From: an uncultured bacterium
GTDB lineage: Bacteria; RBG-13-61-14; DATKZS01
Assembly (NCBI GenBank): GCA_964420375.1
Contig: CAYQTK010000115.1
Location: 1 to 12,793, forward strand
Reading direction: 5' to 3'
Length of the DNA stretch: 12,793 bases
Part shown: piece after piece, positions 6,671 to 12,793 of the stretch
Position numbering within the stretch: the first letter of the stretch is position 1
How the letters are laid out: every line of letters starts with the position of its first letter
Notes under the pieces: generated by a model
Seen by the model: only the letters and a program-made list of their open reading frames with translations
What the model was told of the DNA's origin: nothing
Databases searched by the model: none
Made by a program: the position numbers and the translations under genes

Positions 6671-6806
6671 GATCGCGGCTAAAGCCGCTCGCACGATTCT
6701 ATTCTGTTCCCCAAAAAGCATTTGACAAGACACTAGTGTTTGCTAACAATTGTTTTTGCCGCTTACAAAAAGCAGTCCTTTTGTGCGAGCGACTTTAGTC
6801 GCGACT
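6671..6806. repeat. Inverted-repeat-bounded ~136 bp element, copy 2. It is inverted relative to copy 1. The arms are 6671..6695 and 6783..6806, around an AT-rich core.
   Basis: The left arm gatcgcggctaaagccgctcgcacg contains the mini-palindrome GCGGCTaaAGCCGC. The right arm gtgcgagcgactttagtcgcgac is its imperfect reverse complement. The core contains TTGACA, the 10-bp palindrome AACAATTGTT (6748..6757), and caaaaagca twice. The core resembles the copy-1 core. Confidence 0.5.
6722..6750 (+). promoter_or_regulatory. Possible sigma70-like promoter inside IR element copy 2 (TTGACA, 17 nt, AACAAT). It could drive an sRNA or a long leader, or it could be a regulator-binding direct repeat.
   Basis: The -35 is a perfect TTGACA at 6722..6727, and a weak -10 AACAAT (4/6) sits 17 nt downstream. 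The 14-mer TTGACAAGACACTA recurs exactly at 6840..6853. Confidence 0.2.
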
Positions 6807-6977
6807 TTCCTCGCTCACCCGGTATGCGTCATTTTAATCTTGACAAGACACTACCCGACTGGACCCTTACCCCCCATCCGGAGCAATGTTCGTTGTAAAG
6901 GATTGATACCCTCTCATGATGCCGGGAAGATAGCATGGTTTGGGGAACAATCAGCCTGTCCCTGCCGGGTAAGGCTT

Positions 6978-7007
6978 TTGCAAACCGGAAAATTGTGCTG
7001 GTAGAAT
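6978..7007 (+). promoter_or_regulatory. Putative extended -10 sigma70 promoter for the small ORF at 7064.
   Basis: There is TTGCAA (6978..6983), an 18-nt spacer, then TGgTAGAAT (6999..7007), which carries the TGn extended -10 motif. The start codon is ~55 nt downstream. Confidence 0.45.
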
Positions 7008-7063
7008 ACATGATCAATACGCATTTTTTGATTCTGCACCTGAACAGGAAAAAAAGGTAAATA

Positions 7064-7540
7064 ATGACGAAAGGACCTAAAAAGAGGATTGTCGGCGAGC
7101 TGATCAACTTCAGGAATCTCCGCCATGCCCCTGTCAACGAGCTCGGCGTGGTTTTTCTCTTCGGTTATATTCACGAATCCCTGGGCATATATGTAGAGAG
7201 CATTGAGGCATCGTATCCTGACTGCCTGGCGAAGAGAAAACTTGCTGATGGAAAGTATGAGCACCTGCGAATCGAGTTCGAGTATAAAAGCAGCAATTTT
7301 ATAAGGCACGGCCACGATCCTTCTGAAGTCGATGCAATAGTCTGCTGGCATCACGACAGTAAAGAGATAGACGAGAACGTAGAAATCATAGAACTAAGAA
7401 ATCTTTTGGCATCCGGGTTTGAAATCAATCCGCCTGAAAAAATACCTCGATTGAACAAATGGCAGGAGTTCTGTCGAGAGAAGAGAAAAGAGGGTTTAAG
7501 CTTTAAAGAGATTTCGGAGCAATATAAACGATTAAAATGA
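7064..7540 (+). CDS. Small PD-(D/E)xK nuclease-fold protein, possibly a divergent YraN/UPF0102-like family member. Its GC content is markedly lower than that of its neighbours.
   Basis: 158-aa ORF with its own promoter, AT-biased codon use against a GC-rich background, and no competing ORF signal. The motif layout is GEL...(helix)...FGYIHE...YPDCLAK...x12...IEFEYKSS. That is consistent with E / PD / ExK catalytic motifs and resembles the UPF0102 pattern G-E...G-Y...GEIDLIA...VFVEVK-R. It sits directly upstream of comM/yifB (64-bp gap), an arrangement I recall as recurrent for YraN-like genes. Confidence 0.5.
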   Translation: MTKGPKKRIVGELINFRNLRHAPVNELGVVFLFGYIHESLGIYVESIEASYPDCLAKRKLADGKYEHLRIEFEYKSSNFIRHGHDPSEVDAIVCWHHDSKEIDENVEIIELRNLLASGFEINPPEKIPRLNKWQEFCREKRKEGLSFKEISEQYKRLK

Positions 7541-7604
7541 AAAAGCAGCTTACAGAAAGTATTTCATGGAGCTTGCAGCAGGTATTGTTTAAGGAGTCCT
7601 GTTG

Positions 7605-9137
7605 ATGCTCTCTCGGGTAATGAGCGCCGCGGTTCTGGGTGTCGAGGCATACGAGGTGTCGGTTGAGGTTGACCTTGTACCGGGCATGTACAGCTTTGAC
7701 GTAGTGGGTCTGCCGGACGTTGCGGTCAAGGAGTCTCGGGTCCGGGTCCGCTCGGCCATATCCAACAGCACCTTTCCCTTTCCCAACCAGTATCACATCT
7801 CCGTGAACCTCGCTCCTGCGGACATGAAGAAGGGGGGATCGGCTTATGATCTTCCCCTGGCGCTGGGGATTCTGTCGGCGCTCGGGCTTATCGAAAGGGA
7901 GAAGCTGGAAGGATTTTGCGTGCTTGGCGAGCTTTCCCTGGACGGTGCTGTCCGGCCGGTTGCCGGTATCCTGCCGGTGGCTGTCGAGTCGTTGCGGCGC
8001 GAATTTCGCGGGCTGGTGGTCCCCGCAAAGAACGCTGCCGAGGCATCGGTGGTCGAAGGACTCCGGGTATACCCGGTATCCACCCTGGCGGAGGCGGTGG
8101 GGTTCTTCCGCGACGAGCGCATAGTCGAGCCGGTGCAGGGAGACAGTGGCGCGCTCTTGGAGCGGGAAGGGGAGTATGATATTGATCTCAGCGACGTGCG
8201 CGGCCAGGAGCACGTAAAAAGGGCCCTCGAGGTATCAGCGGCCGGCGGTCACAATGTTTTGATGGTCGGTCCGCCCGGGTCGGGCAAGACCATGCTCTCC
8301 AAGCGGCTTCCCGGCATACTGCCGGAGATGGACTTTGACGAGGCCCTGGAGACGACCAAGATATACTCGGTTGCCGGCAAGCTCTCGCCGGAGCGGCCTT
8401 TTATCGGCGCGCGCCCCTTCTGCGCGCCGCATCACACCATATCCGACGCGGGACTCATCGGCGGAGGCCAGTATCCTCGGCCGGGTGAGATCAGCCTTGC
8501 TCACCACGGTGTGTTGTTTCTCGACGAGCTTCCCGAGTTCAAAAAGCAGGTACTCGAGCTTTTGCGCCAGCCGCTGGAGTCGGGAGAGGTCAACATCTCG
8601 CGGGCGTCCGCATCCATCACCTATCCTTCGCGGTTCGTGCTGGTGGCGGCCATGAATCCCTGTCCGTGCGGGTACCTGGGCCATCCGCTCCACGCCTGCA
8701 CCTGCACGCCCCGCCAGGTCCACTCCTATCGGAACCGCATCTCCGGGCCGCTCATGGACCGGATCGACATCCAGGTCGAGGTCCCCGCGGTAAACTACCG
8801 GGAGCTTTCCGACGAGGCCGGCGGCGAGAGCTCGAATGACGTGCGCGAGCGCGTTAACCGGGCGCGGGAGGTCCAGCACAATCGCTTTAAAAGGAGCAAG
8901 ACCCGCTGCAACGCCCACATGGGCTCGAGGCAGATAAGAAGCCACTGCCAGGTTGACGACGCGGGCCATTCCCTGCTCCGGCACTGCGTTGACCGCCTCG
9001 GCATGAGCGCGCGGGCGCACGCGCGCATCCTCAAAGTGGCCAGGACCATCGCCGACCTGGAGGGAGCGGAGGACATAGAGGTTGTACACCTCTCGGAAGC
9101 AGTGCAGTACCGGACGCTGGACAGGGCATACGGTTAG
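7605..9137 (+). CDS. comM: ComM/YifB-family Mg-chelatase-like AAA+ ATPase (competence/recombination helicase family).
   Basis: There is an N-terminal Lon-protease-like/ChlI N domain (MLSRVMSAAVLGVEAYEVSVEVDL...), Walker A GPPGSGKT, Walker B VLFLDELPEF, and the ComM Cys cluster NPCPCGYLGHPLHACTCTP. The C-terminus reads HARILKVARTIADLEG. AAGGAG lies 8 nt before the ATG at 7605. The ORF track's start at 7602 is a TTG one codon upstream. Confidence 0.9.
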   Translation: MLSRVMSAAVLGVEAYEVSVEVDLVPGMYSFDVVGLPDVAVKESRVRVRSAISNSTFPFPNQYHISVNLAPADMKKGGSAYDLPLALGILSALGLIEREKLEGFCVLGELSLDGAVRPVAGILPVAVESLRREFRGLVVPAKNAAEASVVEGLRVYPVSTLAEAVGFFRDERIVEPVQGDSGALLEREGEYDIDLSDVRGQEHVKRALEVSAAGGHNVLMVGPPGSGKTMLSKRLPGILPEMDFDEALETTKIYSVAGKLSPERPFIGARPFCAPHHTISDAGLIGGGQYPRPGEISLAHHGVLFLDELPEFKKQVLELLRQPLESGEVNISRASASITYPSRFVLVAAMNPCPCGYLGHPLHACTCTPRQVHSYRNRISGPLMDRIDIQVEVPAVNYRELSDEAGGESSNDVRERVNRAREVQHNRFKRSKTRCNAHMGSRQIRSHCQVDDAGHSLLRHCVDRLGMSARAHARILKVARTIADLEGAEDIEVVHLSEAVQYRTLDRAYG

Positions 9138-9209
9138 ATGCAGTTAAACAACTAATTATGGTTCATCGGGTTTTGCAGGCAGGGAACTCAGGTGGTATCT
9201 TCAGGTGCT

Positions 9210-10076
9210 ATGAATAAAAAGAGATATCCAAAAGCGCTGTTATATGCTTTGCTTCTAATTTTTTTTTCCGGAGCGACGACAAGCTGTCCCCTCCTCAAGA
9301 AGCAGGAACCGGAAAAGAAGGTCAGTGAACCTCCTCCGCTGGACGGCCGGTCCCTGGTCCGCAAAGTCAGGGAACGCAACTCATCGCTCCACCGCCTTGA
9401 CGCCAAGCTGAAGGCGGACCTCAGCGGCGGCAGCGCCCCTTACCGGGGCAGGTTCTACGGCACCCTGCTCATGGAAAGGGGGAACACCAAAGGCGTGGAC
9501 TTGTTGCTTCAAGTCTACAACATGGCGGGCGTCCCGGTCCTCGAGCTCATCTCGCAAGGTCCCCGTGTCGAGGTGTTCTCTCCCCTCGATAATACCGTGT
9601 TCGTGAACTTTACCGAGATGGCCTCCGGAGATGAAATGGACGAGTTCCCGCTTTCGTCTTTTAACGAGGTTTCCTTGCCCCTTGACATGCTTGTCGAGCA
9701 GATAGGTCTCATCATGGGCAAGGGGTTCTCTTTTGATTGCCGCTATCAGCTTACCGAGCATGACGATTACTACCGGCTTACCGAATGGGACGGTGATACG
9801 AGGCGTCGGGAGATGGAGTTCTCGCGGTCCTTCGTCCTCCGCGAGGTCAGCTCATACCGGGGAGGCGTTCTTCTGGGAAAGATGAAGTGCAGCGAGCACG
9901 TCTCCGGACCGGGGTCGTCCCGGGTCCCCTCCACCGTGCTGCTCAGCCAGAACGACATGGAGCTTAAGCTGCATCTTTCCAAGCTCCGCTTCAACTCCGA
10001 GGTCAAAGGAGAAGATATATCCTTCCGCGACCCCCAAGACTCGCGCGTAATCCTGCTGACTCCTCCCGTGCCCTGA
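9210..10076 (+). CDS. Exported (signal-peptide) protein of unknown function, possibly a lipoprotein-sorting/LolB-like fold.
   Basis: ORF 9192..10076 begins with GTG. The in-frame ATG at 9210 gives MNKKRYPKALLYALLLIFFSGATTSC..., which has a basic n-region, a hydrophobic core and an SGA|T signal-peptidase-like site (Cys at +4). The mature region is mixed beta-type sequence. I recognise no firm family. Confidence 0.6.
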   Translation: MNKKRYPKALLYALLLIFFSGATTSCPLLKKQEPEKKVSEPPPLDGRSLVRKVRERNSSLHRLDAKLKADLSGGSAPYRGRFYGTLLMERGNTKGVDLLLQVYNMAGVPVLELISQGPRVEVFSPLDNTVFVNFTEMASGDEMDEFPLSSFNEVSLPLDMLVEQIGLIMGKGFSFDCRYQLTEHDDYYRLTEWDGDTRRREMEFSRSFVLREVSSYRGGVLLGKMKCSEHVSGPGSSRVPSTVLLSQNDMELKLHLSKLRFNSEVKGEDISFRDPQDSRVILLTPPVP

Positions 10077-10128
10077 GTGGGAGACTAAAAGACATATCGC
10101 TCTCGCTCTCTATAGAGGACGGCTGCAT

Positions 10129-12297
10129 ATGAATATCAGGGTAAAAACGTTGGCGGCCATAACGCCGGTTCTTGGTGCACTGGTTTTTTGGCTTCTCGCG
10201 CCCGGTCTTCAAGCAAGACAGGAGTACGCCGACCAGGCGGGAAAGACGTGTTCTTACTGTCATCGCAACGCCGAGGGAGGCAGCTTGAACGCTGTCGGCG
10301 CGGCTTACATAAGAAATTCTTACCGCACACCAGTGCCTGACCGACTGGTCCGCAAGTCCGAGAAGCTGCAATCGCCCTTTTACAAGACCGTCCGGCTCGT
10401 TGCCGGCTACGTGCATCTTATTGCAGCGGTGCTGCTTGCCGGAACCATCTTATACGTCCACCTGTTCATAAGACCTTCACGCCTGATAAGCGGCATCCCT
10501 CCTTCGGAACGAAAGCTGGGCCTGTCCTCCATGGCCGTACTTGTCCTTACCGGAGCATTCCTCACCTGGACAAGAATTGACAGCTTCGGTGATTTCTTCA
10601 GATCGGATTTCGGTCTGTTCCTCTTTATAAAGATAGTGCTTTTCCTGCTCATGATATGCTCCGCACTGGTCGCGGTTACTTATGTACAGCGTAAGCTTCG
10701 GGCAAGATCGCCCGCCGGGGGAGGAGATTCTGCCGAAAGCGGCGTATCTTCAGACGCTCTCGCTGGTGCAGACGGCAAAAGCGGCAGGGCTTATATCGCA
10801 TACAAGGCCAAGGTCTACGACGTCAGCGCGAGCGCAAAATGGAAGGAGGGGCGGCACTTTGGCAAACACAGTGCAGGCATAGACCTTACCGATCATCTTG
10901 CTTCCGCTCCTCACGGCGAGGAGGTCCTGGAAAGGGTCGAGCTTGTTGGAGATTTGCAGCCGGAGCCCGAACCCGGAAGACCTGAAGGTGTGCAACGGCT
11001 TTTCCAGGTGTTGGCGGGCACAAATCTCACCCTGGTACTGCTCATCCTTTTTTGCGTGGCCTCGTGGAGCTTCGATCTTCCCGGCACCATGGTAAAGTCC
11101 TCCCGGCCCCTGGCGGAGCGGGGGAAAAGCTGCGTGGAATGTCATCGCGCCGAAACACCGGGCATCTATTTTGACTGGAAGTCAAGCTCGCATGCCCTTG
11201 TTGACGTGGACTGTTACGATTGTCACGCCGCGGGCGCCGGAAAGGACGTTGTGGTGAAGTCACATCTCGAGCATGACAAGACGCCGATCTCGCTGGTGGT
11301 CTCTCCGAAAGATTGCGGAGAATGCCATCCGCAACAGGCGAAAGAGTATGAAAGAAGCAAGCATGCCCATACCCTGGAGATAATCCATGAGCTGGACTAC
11401 TGGCTGCGGCACGGGATGAACAACGCGATCGAGCGCCGCACGGGCTGTTATTCCTGCCACGGCAGCGAAATAAAGCTGGCGGACGGCAAGCCGGCAGCAG
11501 GCACGTGGCCGAACGTGGGCGTGGGAAGGATCAATCCCGACGGCAGCAGAGGTTGTTGCTCGAGCTGCCATACCCGCCACCGTTTTTCCCTGGCAGAGGC
11601 CCGCAAGCCCGAGGCATGTGACCAGTGCCACCTCGGCCCGGACCATCCCCAGATCGAGATCTACAACGAGTCCAAGCACGGCACCATATATCACGCCGAA
11701 GGACATGCCTGGACCTGGAATCCCGAAGACGGCAACTGGCGGGCGGGCGAAGACTACCGGGCACCGACCTGCGCCACCTGCCACATGTCAGCCACGCCGG
11801 AGATGGAATCCTCCCATGACGTGACCGAGAGACTGGCCTGGGAAAGTCAGGCACCCCTTACCGTCAGGCCCTCCGAGTTCAAGCCGTTTCCCGCAGACAC
11901 CGACTGGAGTGAGGAGCGAGAGAAGATGAAGAGCGTCTGTTACCAGTGCCATTCCAGTCAGTGGGCTGACGAGCACTTTACGGGTTATGACCGGGCCATA
12001 GAGAACTATAACCTCGAGTACATGAAGCCGGTGAAAAAGATGATGGATGATTTGTACGGATCGGGCTTTCTCTCCCGCGACAGATATTTTGACGAGGACC
12101 TGGAATGGGAATACTACGAGTTCTGGCACCATGAAGGAAGGAGGGCCCGCATGGGAGCGGCCATGATGGCGCCGGATTACGCCTGGTGGCACGGCTTCTA
12201 CGAGCTCAAGCACCGCTACCTGCAAATAAGGGAAGAGTACGAAAGCCTTTCAGGCAAAAAGGCGGAAACCGATTTTGCGGGAAGGTACGATAAATAG
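10129..12297 (+). CDS. Membrane-anchored multiheme c-type cytochrome. It has an N-terminal signal/TM segment plus one CxxCH, about three TM helices, a cytochrome b5/MAPR-like domain, one more TM helix, and a C-terminal octaheme (8 x CxxCH) domain of the HAO/NrfA-like type.
   Basis: There are nine CxxCH motifs: CSYCH, CVECH, CYDCH, CGECH, CYSCH, CSSCH, CDQCH, CATCH, CYQCH. The hydrophobic segments are VRLVAGYVHLIAAVLLAGTILYVHLFI, LGLSSMAVLVLTGAFLTW, LFLFIKIVLFLLMICSALVAVTYV and LTLVLLILFCVASW. The segment GRAYIAYKAKVYDVSASAKWKEGRHFGKHSAGIDLTDHLA resembles the cyt-b5/MAPR fold (KVYDV...G..AG.D...). A GAGGA RBS lies ~10 nt upstream. Confidence 0.85.
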   Translation: MNIRVKTLAAITPVLGALVFWLLAPGLQARQEYADQAGKTCSYCHRNAEGGSLNAVGAAYIRNSYRTPVPDRLVRKSEKLQSPFYKTVRLVAGYVHLIAAVLLAGTILYVHLFIRPSRLISGIPPSERKLGLSSMAVLVLTGAFLTWTRIDSFGDFFRSDFGLFLFIKIVLFLLMICSALVAVTYVQRKLRARSPAGGGDSAESGVSSDALAGADGKSGRAYIAYKAKVYDVSASAKWKEGRHFGKHSAGIDLTDHLASAPHGEEVLERVELVGDLQPEPEPGRPEGVQRLFQVLAGTNLTLVLLILFCVASWSFDLPGTMVKSSRPLAERGKSCVECHRAETPGIYFDWKSSSHALVDVDCYDCHAAGAGKDVVVKSHLEHDKTPISLVVSPKDCGECHPQQAKEYERSKHAHTLEIIHELDYWLRHGMNNAIERRTGCYSCHGSEIKLADGKPAAGTWPNVGVGRINPDGSRGCCSSCHTRHRFSLAEARKPEACDQCHLGPDHPQIEIYNESKHGTIYHAEGHAWTWNPEDGNWRAGEDYRAPTCATCHMSATPEMESSHDVTERLAWESQAPLTVRPSEFKPFPADTDWSEEREKMKSVCYQCHSSQWADEHFTGYDRAIENYNLEYMKPVKKMMDDLYGSGFLSRDRYFDEDLEWEYYEFWHHEGRRARMGAAMMAPDYAWWHGFYELKHRYLQIREEYESLSGKKAETDFAGRYDK

Positions 12298-12496
12298 CAA
12301 CAGCCATGGTTGCTGAACAGGCAGGTGCACCTGCGCTTCTGCTCCCGGGGATTGCCTTTCGAAAGGACATTGGAAACTATATAGCGTAAGGATTCACCCG
12401 CGCAGCTTAGCCTGCCTTGCTTCGCTCCATCCCCCTTTCTTCTCCAACCGACCTTTTCTCAAACAAAGGCACAGAGGACGCAAAGCCCCATCCAGG

Positions 12497-12546
12497 GGTG
12501 GCCCACGCAGTTTCGTCCTCGAAACTGCGTGGGTGGCAACGCCACA
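12497..12546. repeat. Hairpin repeat, copy B (49/50 identical to 6499..6548). It lies ~200 bp downstream of the cytochrome gene and ~235 bp upstream of the next + strand gene.
   Basis: The sequence is ggtggcccacgcagtttcgtcctcgaaactgcgtgggtggcaacgccaca. It has the same 14-bp perfect stem, a tcct loop where copy A has tccc, and the same trailing GTGGCaacGCCAC. Confidence 0.6.
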
Positions 12547-12781
12547 AACTCAATGCTCCCAACGTCATGCAATGCCCCAAGCATAACTTTTTCCAAATCA
12601 GGGCAGGCGAGAGCAACGCTTCGTTTTCCCGCAGTTGCACGGATCAAATTCCGAGCCGGGCGGTGCAACTGAAACAGGGAAACGGGGATGCGTCCGCGTC
12701 CGGCTTGAGCCTGGGGAACAAACATAATATAAAGGGATGATGCGGCTGATATGTCGATTATAACTTGCCGGAGGTTTTTTT

Positions 12782-12793
12782 ATGTATCCTCAT
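12782..12793 (+). CDS. Probable 5' end of a CDS (M-Y-P-H...) running off the window.
   Basis: An ATG at 12782 is preceded by GGAGG (12770..12774) at 7-nt spacing. Only 4 codons are visible. Confidence 0.2.

Noticed and set aside
6398-6733. N-terminal 112-aa extension of the Rrf2 ORF (track ORF 5954..6733), and the + strand ORFs 6381..6725 and 6598..6798
   Set aside because: The extension reads through the hairpin repeat and the IR element. The peptide WRCHPRSFGDETAWAT is simply the repeat translated, and it recurs in ORF 12407..12640 for the same reason. The extension has no RBS, whereas the internal ATG at 6397 yields a canonical full-length Rrf2 N-terminus with GGAG upstream.
6398-7063. 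A structured RNA gene (tRNA, tmRNA, SRP RNA, RNase P RNA, 6S) or a CRISPR array in the long AT-rich intergenic region
   Set aside because: I found no tRNA T-loop or acceptor signatures, no tmRNA tag-peptide region, and none of the conserved RNase P or SRP boxes by eye. The repeats are of only two kinds with irregular spacing and alternating orientation, so they are not a CRISPR array. A novel sRNA cannot be excluded.
7064-7540. Interpreting the small low-GC ORF as a toxin of a toxin-antitoxin pair or as part of a restriction-modification system
   Set aside because: No adjacent small partner ORF, methyltransferase or specificity gene is present. Its own promoter and its position upstream of comM fit a YraN-like housekeeping nuclease-fold protein at least as well. 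I kept it as a finding with both options open.
7503-9089. Minus-strand ORFs 7503..8213 and 8235..9089 (236 and 284 aa) opposite comM
   Set aside because: The ComM frame carries Walker A and B and the Cys cluster. The antisense products are Arg/Pro/Gly-rich with no domain-like features.
11260-12225. Minus-strand ORFs 11260..11784 and 11788..12225 opposite the cytochrome gene
   Set aside because: The plus-strand frame carries nine CxxCH motifs in register. The antisense ORFs are shadow frames.
12321-12334. Rho-independent terminator for the cytochrome gene at the GCAGGTGCACCTGC palindrome
   Set aside because: The palindrome gives only a short stem (~5 bp after allowing a loop) and is followed by GCTTCTGCTCCCGGGG, not a U-tract. 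It is more likely a protein-binding palindrome or a coincidence than an intrinsic terminator.

Overview
This is a high-GC (~60%) bacterial chromosomal window with compact operons, lower-GC intergenic regions and multiheme cytochromes. That combination suggests a deltaproteobacterium-like anaerobe, though I cannot place it taxonomically from sequence alone.

Minus strand, from high to low coordinates:
- an Rrf2-family Fe-S-type regulator (5954..6397), then cysteine synthase cysK (4972..5898), then a polytopic membrane protein (4180..4947), apparently one operon;
- a signal-peptide SRPBCC/START-like protein (3428..4087);
- a four-gene cluster: a charged coiled-coil protein (2854..3372), an SPFH/band-7 protein carrying three in-frame 81-bp tandem zinc-ribbon repeats (1629..2789), and two tandem paralogous zinc-ribbon proteins (681..1433, and 1..674 running off the window edge).

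Plus strand:
- a small lower-GC PD-(D/E)xK-fold ORF (7064..7540) with what may be a YraN/UPF0102-like motif arrangement (spacing does not match YraN cleanly), and its own extended -10 promoter;
- comM/yifB (7605..9137);
- an exported protein of unknown function (9210..10076);
- a 722-aa membrane-anchored protein fusing a cytochrome b5/MAPR-like domain to an octaheme c-type cytochrome domain, with one extra N-terminal CxxCH (nine in total) (10129..12297);
- the first four codons of another gene at 12782.

Non-coding structure, all read directly from the sequence:
- a 50-nt element containing a perfect 14-bp-stem hairpin occurs twice at 49/50 identity (6499..6548 and 12497..12546), both in intergenic DNA;
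- a second family of ~111-136 bp elements is bounded by 23-25 bp inverted repeats of the type gatcgcggctaaagccgctcgcacg. One copy is at 1478..1588 and the other, in inverted orientation, at 6671..6806; their AT-rich cores are related, making them MITE-like or sRNA-like;
- a perfect 14-bp direct repeat TTGACAAGACACTA occurs twice in the 6398..7063 intergenic region, which is a ~1.1 kb lower-GC island also carrying the small ORF;
- sigma70-like promoters are proposed for the Rrf2-cysK operon, the SRPBCC gene and the small ORF.

I found no rRNA, tRNA, CRISPR array or transposase. Most other ORFs in the six-frame track are antisense shadow ORFs typical of high-GC DNA. I could run no database search, so all family assignments are from motifs I recognise by eye.
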